Positions 17,882 through 26,090 of a stretch of DNA of 46,092 nt are shown piece after piece (position 1 is the stretch's first letter; every line of letters starts with the position of its first letter). The position numbers and the translations under genes are program-made. The stretch is from Candidatus Omnitrophota bacterium (lineage in GTDB: Bacteria; Omnitrophota; Gorgyraeia; Zapsychrales; JBDRMG01), in NCBI GenBank assembly GCA_043812495.1, contig JBDRMG010000006.1, positions 1 through 46,092 on the forward strand. Direction: 5' to 3'. The notes beneath the pieces are model-generated. The model saw nothing but the letters and a program-made list of their open reading frames with translations, did not search any database and was not told the DNA's origin.

Positions 17882-17920
17882 AGATGGAGTCTGCGCCTCT
17901 TCGACAGACTCCATCTTGCT
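17882..17920 (+). terminator. Hairpin/terminator upstream of greA
   Basis: 12-bp perfect stem AGATGGAGTCTG / CAGACTCCATCT followed by a T-rich tract. Confidence 0.6.
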
Positions 17921-17946
17921 TGTCTTGAAGTTCTAAGGAGCGCAAG

Positions 17947-18420
17947 ATGTCCCAAGAGGTCTATCTGACCAAAGAAGGTCATCAAAAATTAGTCGAGGAA
18001 CTCGAACGACTCAAGACGACTGAGCGCCGAAAGTTTTCCAAGGCGATTGGAGAAGCCCGCCTGCAGGGTGATATCTCGGAGAATGCCGAATACGATGCGG
18101 CTAAGGAGGCTCAGGGGCACAATGAGGCGCGTATCGCCGAACTCGAATTAAAACTGGCCCGGGCACGTATCATTGATAAGGAAAGTATCCCGACCGATCG
18201 AGTCTATATTGGCGCCGTGGTGACATTGGAAGATTTGGATACAGCGGAAGAGATGACCTATACCCTCGTGTCTTCGGAGGAAGCCGATTATGACCAAGGA
18301 AAAATTTCGATCACATCGCCTGTCGGCAAATCCCTGATGGGAAAACAGGCCGGCGAGAAAGTGTCCATCGAAGTTCCTGCCGGAACCCTCAATTACAAAA
18401 TCATGAAGATTGAACGCTAG
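17947..18420 (+). CDS. greA: Transcription elongation factor GreA
   Basis: GDISENAEYDAAK, ISITSPVGKSL. Confidence 0.97.
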   Translation: MSQEVYLTKEGHQKLVEELERLKTTERRKFSKAIGEARLQGDISENAEYDAAKEAQGHNEARIAELELKLARARIIDKESIPTDRVYIGAVVTLEDLDTAEEMTYTLVSSEEADYDQGKISITSPVGKSLMGKQAGEKVSIEVPAGTLNYKIMKIER

Positions 18421-18429
18421 AAAACCGTT

Positions 18430-19803
18430 CTAGTCTTTGAGAAGGCCCTGCTCCGGATTGTCTTTTTCAAAAAGCGAAAAGAAGATCCAGAGCAAGAAGA
18501 CCGGAAGAATAGCAAAAAGGATTCTGCGCAGCGATACCGACAACCACCATTTAATATCGAAGTAGGTATTTGTAAAATAATAGACGATGACGACCGACAG
18601 ATAAGCGAGTAAAAGAAGAGGCAGAATGCTGATTTTCTTGGACACGCATCGGGGTAAGCTTAAAAACACGCCAATCAAAACAACAATCCAGAGCCCATTC
18701 CATAACTGCTGAGACAGTTCAACGGCAAGAAAGCTCATAATCATTTTGAATCGAAAAAGCGTAGAAGGTTTTGTGACGGATACAAGACCGTTGATAAACG
18801 TTTGATTCGCCGGCGCATAAACGAGCTTAAATAAGAGCGTTGGTAAAGACGATATAAAACAACCGACCAGAAAACCGATGACCTTTTGCGGACAAGACAA
18901 AATTCCTCTCCGCGACCAGCCGCCCAGATAAAAAATTCCCAGAATCAGAAGTATTCCCGCTAGGACCAGCCCTTCGTCCTTTGAGAAACTCAAAAAACCC
19001 AAAAATAATCCGCTTAAAAGAGAAAACGAAAGTTGATTCTTCAATTTGGCTGTCGCCAGGCAAAGGCAACTGGCTAAAAGAAAATACGACAAAACAATAT
19101 CACTGTATTGGCTTGTTCCCATTTGAACGACAATGGGCGCTGTCAGCAAAACAAGCGCGGCAAGCGTTGAAGGGAGATTCTTGACAAAAAGTCTTAGCCC
19201 TGAAAATAAAAGACCCGCCGTGGCGAAAGTAAAGACCATAGACGTTACAAAAGGCACTAAATAGGGTGTATCATCGGAAAAAGTCCATGCCCACGCATTC
19301 ATCAAAGGCAGCAACAGCGGATAATGAGGACTCGTTCTCCAGAGAACAGGATCAAATAAATTCTGCCAATCTTGACCCGCTGTCACAAGAAAACGGGCTT
19401 TAAAATTCCAGACAGCCCATCCGTCCCACCCGCCCATCAGATAGGAACCGGCAAAAGCAACAGCTGGAACAATGCCAAGGGCCAATAAGGAAACACTGAG
19501 AATGTCGTATCTGCATGGCCGCTTGAAGATGAAAAACGGCCGGCCGTCTATTTTCGAAAGATAGTATCGAATTCCGGCCAAAATCATAAGAAGACCAAGA
19601 TGGCCGACTATCACAAAACCCTTATGAAACTCATTCATGATGACAAGACTATAAAAAGCGATTTGGCTGCTTAAGGCAAGGCCCAATCCGAGTGTCGCAA
19701 AAAGATGAAAAAAGAAATTGAGGTCATCTTTATCTCTAAATATCATATCGATAGAGAGGTATCCAATCAGAAAGGAAATCATGTAAGGCAGCAGTGCGGT
19801 CAT
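18430..19803 (-). CDS. Polytopic GT-C-fold (ArnT/PMT-like) glycosyltransferase
   Basis: Many TM segments; GWDGWAVWNFKARF, HYPLLLP, YSDIVL, KDEG. Confidence 0.65.
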   Translation of the reverse strand: MTALLPYMISFLIGYLSIDMIFRDKDDLNFFFHLFATLGLGLALSSQIAFYSLVIMNEFHKGFVIVGHLGLLMILAGIRYYLSKIDGRPFFIFKRPCRYDILSVSLLALGIVPAVAFAGSYLMGGWDGWAVWNFKARFLVTAGQDWQNLFDPVLWRTSPHYPLLLPLMNAWAWTFSDDTPYLVPFVTSMVFTFATAGLLFSGLRLFVKNLPSTLAALVLLTAPIVVQMGTSQYSDIVLSYFLLASCLCLATAKLKNQLSFSLLSGLFLGFLSFSKDEGLVLAGILLILGIFYLGGWSRRGILSCPQKVIGFLVGCFISSLPTLLFKLVYAPANQTFINGLVSVTKPSTLFRFKMIMSFLAVELSQQLWNGLWIVVLIGVFLSLPRCVSKKISILPLLLLAYLSVVIVYYFTNTYFDIKWWLSVSLRRILFAILPVFLLWIFFSLFEKDNPEQGLLKD

Positions 19804-20258
19804 TTGGCTTTCTGTCCTAAAACAGCTCCGAGAGGGTTAATCTTTAACGGTTGGACATGAAGTTCTTTCATTTTGCGAAAGGCTATTTGAGGTGTCGTGC
19901 AATCGAAAATAATATATTCGTGGCCCGTGTTATTCAAATCAAGAACCGTAGGCGCCAGAATCAGTTGGGCTTGCTGAAATTGAGCCGCATAGAGAGGGAC
20001 ATCCAGATCCTTATCGGTAAAATAACCGACATACGGGACATCACGCAGATCATCTTTGAGTCCTGAAAATTGAAATCCGGGAAAGTTGAAGACGCTGGGT
20101 AAAATAAAAATCTTTTCTCTTGAGAAAATTTTTCGCCCAAGTCCGACCAAATTCAGAAGGATCACCGCAGAAACAAGAGCAAGAAAAAAGGCTTGCCGTT
20201 TCTTTAATATGAATTGAAAAGGAGATGATTCCATCGTATTCCTATTTTTGATTAACAT
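19800..20258 (-). CDS. Hypothetical membrane-anchored protein
   Basis: ORF overlapping the next start by 4 nt; one N-terminal TM. Confidence 0.6.
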   Translation of the reverse strand: MLIKNRNTMESSPFQFILKKRQAFFLALVSAVILLNLVGLGRKIFSREKIFILPSVFNFPGFQFSGLKDDLRDVPYVGYFTDKDLDVPLYAAQFQQAQLILAPTVLDLNNTGHEYIIFDCTTPQIAFRKMKELHVQPLKINPLGAVLGQKAK

Positions 20259-20421
20259 TACTATATCATATTTTCTAAATTATGCCTACGCGCGTATCAA
20301 TTTTTAGCTTTTGCGCATATCGGAAATGTCAAAATTTAGACTTCCACAAAATGTGTTTCCTGGGTATAATAACTATCACTCAGAATATTTCAACAAAGCA
20401 CAATCTTAAGGAGTAGACGTC

Positions 20422-21438
20422 TTGGTTAAAATCGGTATTATCGGAACAGGCTATTGGGGGCCCAACCATGTTCGGATTTTCTCCCAACTACCTGATTCCG
20501 AGCCTGTTATGTGTTGCGATCTGGAAGAAAAGAGACTTCAGTGGATTAAAAGTTTCTATCCGCAAATTCAGACCACCACAGATTATAAGAAAATCCTTTG
20601 CAACAAAGACATCAGCGCGGTATGCATCGCGACACCGACCAATAGCCATTTTTCCCTCGTCAAAGAAGCCCTGGAGCATGATAAGCATGTTCTTTGCGAA
20701 AAACCTTTGGCCATGAAACCCCAAGAATGCGAGCACGTCAGAGATCTGGCTTCTTCAAAAAAGAAGATTCTGATGGTCGGTCATATTTTTGTGTTCAATG
20801 CCGGAATCATCAAATTAAAAGAGTACATAGAAAAAGGAGAAATGGGTCGGGTGCAGTATGCCCATTCGGAAAGAACAAACCTCGGTCCTTTTCGCTATGA
20901 TGTCAATGCCCTTTGGGATCTTGCGCCGCATGACATTTCCATTTTTAATTTTTTATTTAACAGCTGTCCTGTGAGCGTTTCGGCCCGCGGCCAAAAATGC
21001 CTGGGAACCTCGCTTGAAGATCTGGCCTTTGCCACATTAGAATTTCCTCATAATGTTTTAATCAATGTTCACGTGAGCTGGCTAGATCCGAAGAAAATAA
21101 GACAAATCACCATTGTGGGCGATAAGAAAATGGTTGTCTGGAACGATTTGGATAATATCGGTCCCATCAAGCTTTATGATAAGCATGTCGAGAGGACATC
21201 GACGTTCTATGAAACTTACGGGGAATTTCAACTGTTATCCCGCGAGGGGAGCATCACGATCCCTAACGTTAAGACAGCCGAACCCCTCAAGGCACAAAAT
21301 CAGTATTTTATCGATTGCATCAATGGCAACAAACATCCCGATCTTGTCGACGCGCAAAAGGGCCTCGATGTCGTCAAAACCCTTTGCGCGATTCAAGAGT
21401 CCATGGATCAAAAAGGCGCTCCCGTTAACGTACCCTAA
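20422..21438 (+). CDS. Gfo/Idh/MocA oxidoreductase (nucleotide-sugar dehydrogenase)
   Basis: IIGTGYWGPN, HVLCEKP, WDLAPHD. Confidence 0.9.
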   Translation: MVKIGIIGTGYWGPNHVRIFSQLPDSEPVMCCDLEEKRLQWIKSFYPQIQTTTDYKKILCNKDISAVCIATPTNSHFSLVKEALEHDKHVLCEKPLAMKPQECEHVRDLASSKKKILMVGHIFVFNAGIIKLKEYIEKGEMGRVQYAHSERTNLGPFRYDVNALWDLAPHDISIFNFLFNSCPVSVSARGQKCLGTSLEDLAFATLEFPHNVLINVHVSWLDPKKIRQITIVGDKKMVVWNDLDNIGPIKLYDKHVERTSTFYETYGEFQLLSREGSITIPNVKTAEPLKAQNQYFIDCINGNKHPDLVDAQKGLDVVKTLCAIQESMDQKGAPVNVP

Positions 21439-21449
21439 GGCCCAATTCC

Positions 21450-22007
21450 ATGAATCATTTCAAACACGAAGAAGCGCTCATTGGCCCCAAAGCTCAAGTC
21501 GGAGAAGGCACAAGAGTCTGGGCCTTTGCCAACATTCAGGATGGCGCTGTCGTCGGAAAGAACTGCAATATTTGCGACGGTTGCTATATTGAAAAAGGCG
21601 CCGTGATCGGAAATCACGTCACGTTAAAGAATCAGGTCAACGTCTTTGAAGGCGTGACGCTCGAGGATGATGTATTTTGCGGAACGCATACCGCCTTTAT
21701 CAACGATCGTCGTCCGCGCAGTCACAGAAAAGATCAATGGATCTTAGAAAAGGTCCTTGTCAAAAAAGGAGCCACGATCGGCAGCAACTCGACGATTCTC
21801 TGCGGGTTGACCATTGGGGAATATGCTGTCGTGGGGGCCGGAAGCGTTGTCACCAAGGATATTCCTGCCTATGCAATCGCCGTCGGTAATCCGGCCAGAG
21901 TCATTGGCTATGCCTGCCGTTGTGGTTTAAAACTGAACACCTCATGGACCTGTTCCTGCGGCCTGAAATACTCAAAAACCGACCAAGGGCTTAAGATTCA
22001 TGAATAA
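21450..22007 (+). CDS. Hexapeptide-repeat N-acetyltransferase (WbpD/WlbB-like)
   Basis: Left-handed beta-helix repeats, FINDRRPR, GNPARVIGYACRCG. Confidence 0.88.
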   Translation: MNHFKHEEALIGPKAQVGEGTRVWAFANIQDGAVVGKNCNICDGCYIEKGAVIGNHVTLKNQVNVFEGVTLEDDVFCGTHTAFINDRRPRSHRKDQWILEKVLVKKGATIGSNSTILCGLTIGEYAVVGAGSVVTKDIPAYAIAVGNPARVIGYACRCGLKLNTSWTCSCGLKYSKTDQGLKIHE

Positions 22008-22731
22008 AGTTCTTGTCTCACCGGTCGCTTTTAATGAACATATTAAATTAAAAAATGTCATTGAACGATTCTTAAAAAGTCCTGTTTTTTCTCATGTGGA
22101 TTATCTCGTTGTGGATGACGGTTCGACCGACGAAACTCCGCAGATGATCGAACGTTTTGCCTCAAAAGGTGTTCAAACCCTGCGGCATCCCGTACGAAAA
22201 GGCGTCGGTTGCGCTATCCGTTCGGCGATTCATTATGCGCGCGACAACCATTACGATATTCTTGTTATCATGGCGGGCAACGATAAGGACAATCCCGATG
22301 AGATTCCGCTCTTGCTGGAGCCGATCCAGCAAGAAGGATGTGATTTGGTGCAGGGCTCACGCTATATCCGCGCAGGCGGTGTCGGCGGAGATATGCCGTT
22401 CTATCGGAAAATTGCCACACGCTTACATCCTTGGCTTTTATCATTATTTGTAAGGAAAAAAGTGACCGACAGCACCAATGGGTTTCGCGCCATGAAACTT
22501 TCGTTATTTGACGATAAGCGCATCAACATTGATCAATCCTGGCTCGATCATTATGAATTGGAGCCTTATATTCTTTTTAAAACTCTTCGCCTAGGGTACA
22601 AATACACAGAGACCCCGGTGAAAAAGATTTATCCACCCAAAAAACTGGGTTATACGAAAATGCGACCGATCACAGGATGGTGGAGCATTCTCAAGCCTCT
22701 TTTTTACTTAGGATTTGGTCTGAAAAAGTAA
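22000..22731 (+). CDS. Glycosyltransferase family 2 (DPM1-like)
   Basis: VVDDGSTD, VQGSRY, TDSTNGFRA. Confidence 0.9.
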   Translation: MNKVLVSPVAFNEHIKLKNVIERFLKSPVFSHVDYLVVDDGSTDETPQMIERFASKGVQTLRHPVRKGVGCAIRSAIHYARDNHYDILVIMAGNDKDNPDEIPLLLEPIQQEGCDLVQGSRYIRAGGVGGDMPFYRKIATRLHPWLLSLFVRKKVTDSTNGFRAMKLSLFDDKRINIDQSWLDHYELEPYILFKTLRLGYKYTETPVKKIYPPKKLGYTKMRPITGWWSILKPLFYLGFGLKK

Positions 22732-22750
22732 TTTTTGGATAAGCAACGCA

Positions 22751-22860
22751 CTTTTTAATGAGCCCGCCAATGATTCATTGGCGAGGCGAATTAACCCCCG
22801 CACCAATTATGAAATAATTGGTGCGGGGGGACTAAGCAAATGCAGTTATAATATTTCAAC
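22751..22860 (-). repeat. Modular palindromic intergenic element, copy I (minimal form)
   Basis: rc: GTTGAAATATTATAACTGCATTTGCTTAGT-CCCCCGCACCAATTAT..ATAATTGGTGCGGGGG-TTAATTCGCCTCGCCAATGAATCATTGGCGGGCTCATTAAAAAG. Confidence 0.9.
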
Positions 22861-22898
22861 GATTTTTTAGAAGACAATTATATTGCAAAAAGGGATGA

Positions 22899-23612
22899 GT
22901 GAAGAAGTGCCTTCGTTGTGAAGTGACATTCGATCTCGTGGAGCGCGTTCGATGTCTCTACTGCGATTCCCTTTTGGTGGATATCGGCTCCAAGGAGTTG
23001 GCTGTTGATTTTGAAGGATCTGTTTTTCGACAAAACATCCTTCAGGAAAACGAGAAAGCCCAACGGCAACGAATTCAACATTTGGTTGAGAATTACTTTA
23101 GCTCGAGATCGTTTCCTTTTATCTACGCCTACGACCGTAACCAATGGGAAATGGGCCGAAATAAAAAACAATTACTTGTTCAGCCTTTGAATTTATTCTT
23201 TATTTTAAAGATTCCTTGGATTTTTGTGAACATGATTGATTCTTGTTATCTCCATTTTTTCTACACAGGATATTGCCCGGAATGTAATTGGAAATTAATG
23301 AGAGTATTTCGGGAGGCGCGGCACAGTGAACAAGACTGCAGCTATAATTTGGAATACGCGACCCTTTTGCGGCAGATATCCACGGGAGAAATTATCAGCG
23401 CCGAGAAGAAGTTTGAAGAAATTGCGCAGCGAAAGATCAAAGAAGGAAAAAGAAGCGCTTATGTTGAATTATGTTCGCGCAAGAGAGACTTTGAAGTATT
23501 CTTGGATTTTGCGGTGATTTGGATATCGATCGGTCTGTGGGTTTTCTTATTCATCAAATTAATCATGCCGATCTTTGCGCGCATTTATAGTTTTGGGGAG
23601 TATGCGTTCTAG
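22899..23612 (+). CDS. Hypothetical zinc-ribbon membrane protein
   Basis: CLRC..CLYC, CPEC, C-terminal TM. Confidence 0.6.
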   Translation: MKKCLRCEVTFDLVERVRCLYCDSLLVDIGSKELAVDFEGSVFRQNILQENEKAQRQRIQHLVENYFSSRSFPFIYAYDRNQWEMGRNKKQLLVQPLNLFFILKIPWIFVNMIDSCYLHFFYTGYCPECNWKLMRVFREARHSEQDCSYNLEYATLLRQISTGEIISAEKKFEEIAQRKIKEGKRSAYVELCSRKRDFEVFLDFAVIWISIGLWVFLFIKLIMPIFARIYSFGEYAF

Positions 23613-23744
23613 CCCAGCACCTTTTTCTCATTCAAATTGTTTGGAGTCGAAAGTCTTTAAAAATATTTGAATAAGTAAAAGGTGCTGGGTCAATTCGCCC
23701 CGCTTCTTGCCCCGCAAAATGCGGGGCAGCGGGGTTCATTGAAG
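23613..23744 (+). repeat. Modular palindromic intergenic element, copy F (lacks the AT-rich 5' leader)
   Basis: CCCAGCACCTTTT..AAAAGGTGCTGGG-TCAATTCG-CCCCGCT..[GCCCCGCAAAATGCGGGGC]AGCGGGG-TTCATTGAAG. Confidence 0.8.
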
Positions 23745-23755
23745 GAGGTAATAAG

Positions 23756-24010
23756 ATGAAAATGATCATTGTTTTGATTTTCGCTTTGCTGACGGTCGGG
23801 TGCGCCTATGTCGTAGACGATGTGAAAGATTTGGTCAAAGATCCTCACTACACAGCCTACCAGCAACAAATGGATAATCTGGAAAGTTCTTACTTGAGCG
23901 ATGAGCTATCTTATCCGGAGTATCTTAAACGAAAACAACACTTGGAGGATAATTACAGCAAAGAAGTCGAAGAACGAGAACAGAAAATTCATGATACTCA
24001 GAATCGCTAA
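23756..24010 (+). CDS. Small hypothetical lipoprotein
   Basis: SD GGAGGT; lipobox TVGC. Confidence 0.7.
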   Translation: MKMIIVLIFALLTVGCAYVVDDVKDLVKDPHYTAYQQQMDNLESSYLSDELSYPEYLKRKQHLEDNYSKEVEEREQKIHDTQNR

Positions 24011-24065
24011 AGAATAACCGTTTTGCCCGTCTGGACATTAAACATGATCTTTCATGTGAGACCTT

Positions 24066-24818
24066 ATGAAACTATACGGAAAAAATCCTGTTATCGAACG
24101 CATCAAATCCGATCCTAAAAGCGTCAGGAAGATTTTTATTCAGGATGGTTTTTCCGATGCTGAATACATCCGAAGAAAAGCCAAGCAATGGTCGATTCCG
24201 CTTTTTAGTATACCTCGCTCTAAGATGCTGAAAATCGCAAGAAGCATGAATACGCAGGGGATTCTTGCCGACATCGAGGATTATAGTTACATTCCGTACG
24301 ATGAACTTTTGAATCTTTCTTTCAGGAAACACCTGTGTCTCGTTTTCTTGGACGGGCTTAAGGATCCGCAGAATTTAGGCGCGATGATCAGAAGCCTGGC
24401 ATGCTTTGGGGGCTTTGCCCTCGTATTGCCTACGCATGATTCTGTCGAGGTCACGGAGGCTGTCTTAAGAGTCGCTTCCGGAGGCGAGAATTTTGTACTG
24501 ATTGCGAAAGTTTCTAATCTTGCGCAGGCTATCAGGCTGGCTAAGGAACATGGTTTTTGGATCGCCGGCGGTGTTGTCCAAGGCGGGCAGGATTTAATGA
24601 AAACCGCACTTACCTTTCCGCTTTCTTTAGTCATAGGCTCGGAACAAAAAGGAATACGGGAAGCGCTCCAAAAACTTATTGATCTGCCCTTGACGTTGCC
24701 GATGAAGCAAGCCCAGCTATCGTTTAATGTCGCGCAGGCCACAAGCATTTTCTGCTATGAAATCACAAAACAAAAAAATCAAAAGAAAGCATCCGTCAAC
24801 GCATCAAGCGGCTCTTAA
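24066..24818 (+). CDS. rlmB: 23S rRNA Gm2251 methyltransferase (TrmH/SpoU family)
   Basis: LYGKNPV, LDGLKDPQNLGA, IGSEQKG, SFNVAQA. Confidence 0.9.
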   Translation: MKLYGKNPVIERIKSDPKSVRKIFIQDGFSDAEYIRRKAKQWSIPLFSIPRSKMLKIARSMNTQGILADIEDYSYIPYDELLNLSFRKHLCLVFLDGLKDPQNLGAMIRSLACFGGFALVLPTHDSVEVTEAVLRVASGGENFVLIAKVSNLAQAIRLAKEHGFWIAGGVVQGGQDLMKTALTFPLSLVIGSEQKGIREALQKLIDLPLTLPMKQAQLSFNVAQATSIFCYEITKQKNQKKASVNASSGS

Positions 24819-25371
24819 TTTCTTTGCTGAGGCAGGATTATTAAAGAGAGTTAAGCGCAGCGGCTGGTGGGTGGCCGGTATCAAAGACCCCGAGAGCGTT
24901 GCCGAACACTCTTTTCGCACCGCAGTGATAGGATACTATCTGGCATACCTTGAGAAAGTGGATCCTTATCTGGTCATCGTGATGGCGCTTTTTAACGACA
25001 TCCATGAGGCCAGAATCAATGATTTGCATAAGATGGGCCACTCATATATTGACTTCAAAGAGGCCGAGAAAAAAGTTTTTAAAGATCAAATGAAAGACCT
25101 TCATGGGAGGCTGAAGACCGAGTTGACCGCGTTACGCGGAGCCTATGACCAACAGCACACCAAAGAAAGCCTGATTGCCCGGGATGCCGATATTTTAGAA
25201 TGCCTTCTTCAGGCCAAGGAATATTTTGACAGCGGTCATCAGGGCGCCAAGAAATTTTTCAAGCGGGCCCCGGGTTTCTTGCGCACAAAAAGCGCTCAAA
25301 AAATGTGGAAGGAAATTCAAAAGTGGAATAGTCATGCGTGGTGGGAGACCGTTGTTAAATTCGAACGATAG
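24727..25371 (+). CDS. HD-domain hydrolase (YfbR/HDDC2-like); true start uncertain
   Basis: LKRVKRSGW, ESVAEHSFR, FNDIHEA, DADILE. Confidence 0.8.
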   Translation: MSRRPQAFSAMKSQNKKIKRKHPSTHQAALNFFAEAGLLKRVKRSGWWVAGIKDPESVAEHSFRTAVIGYYLAYLEKVDPYLVIVMALFNDIHEARINDLHKMGHSYIDFKEAEKKVFKDQMKDLHGRLKTELTALRGAYDQQHTKESLIARDADILECLLQAKEYFDSGHQGAKKFFKRAPGFLRTKSAQKMWKEIQKWNSHAWWETVVKFER

Positions 25372-25398
25372 GCGCATGAGACAGTCCTTAGCCGTATG

Positions 25399-25536
25399 GA
25401 AATGTTATAATTGCATTTGCTTAATCCCCAGCCCGCCACTGAATCAATGGCGGGCGGCGTCAATTCGGCCATATGACTTATGTCGTCCGCCACTGAATCA
25501 ATGGCGGACTCCAGAAGTCATGGCCTCATTGAAAAG
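25399..25536 (+). repeat. Modular palindromic intergenic element, copy D (same mini-hairpin in both slots)
   Basis: GAAATGTTATAATTGCATTTGCTTAATCCCCA-GCCCGCCACTGAATCAATGGCGGGC..TCAATTCGGCCATATGACTTATG-[GTCCGCCACTGAATCAATGGCGGAC]-CAGAAGTCATGGCCTCATTGAAAAG. Confidence 0.92.
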
Positions 25537-25760
25537 ATGAATATGAAGCCGATCGTCTGGGAATTAAATATCTTTACTTGGCAGGTTTTGATCCAAATGG
25601 TATGATACAAGTCTTGGAAGTCCTAGAGAAAGAATCCAAAGGTCCTCGCTATCCTTTGATTTTGCGTACGCATCCTTACGTGGAAGATCGGCTCAAAGAA
25701 GCGAAGGAAGAAGTCCGCCGGGCCCCTGCAAGATATAGCAATCTCTTGACGCAGGATTAA
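25533..25760 (+). pseudogene. C-terminal fragment of an M48 (BepA/HtpX-like) zinc metallopeptidase
   Basis: KDEYEADRLGIKYLYLAGFDPNGM...LRTHPYVEDRL; in-frame TGA at 25530; no HEXXH or start upstream. Confidence 0.75.
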
Positions 25761-25776
25761 TAAGGACTCACTTGAT

Positions 25777-26073
25777 ATGGAAAGAATCGGAATCGCTGCC
25801 AGCAAGATCGCCAAAGGCAACCTGTTTCTTTATAATCTCTTTGTGATCCTGATCAGCTTTTTGTTTGCGATTTTAATTTATTTTCTGTCCGGAACGTCCA
25901 TTGTCCTTGTTCTTGTCTTAGTGGCTATCCTCACTCACGGGGGACAAGTCCCGGATTTTTATCAGATATGGATGCCTTTTATGCTCGCCATTCTGTTGTG
26001 TCTTGCGGCGATTATCGGTTTATTTACGCTTGTTGCTATACTCAAAAACATAAAATTTCGAAGAAAGTCATAA
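25777..26073 (+). CDS. Small hypothetical membrane protein
   Basis: SD AAGGA; 2-3 TM segments. Confidence 0.65.
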   Translation: MERIGIAASKIAKGNLFLYNLFVILISFLFAILIYFLSGTSIVLVLVLVAILTHGGQVPDFYQIWMPFMLAILLCLAAIIGLFTLVAILKNIKFRRKS

Positions 26074-26090
26074 GCCCATCATTTCTCATT

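Noticed and set aside
25226..25540. 104-aa ORF with repeated PPLNQWR peptide
   Set aside because: It is a translation of the CCGCCACTGAATCAATGGCGG hairpin twice in element D and overlaps the HD gene out of frame.
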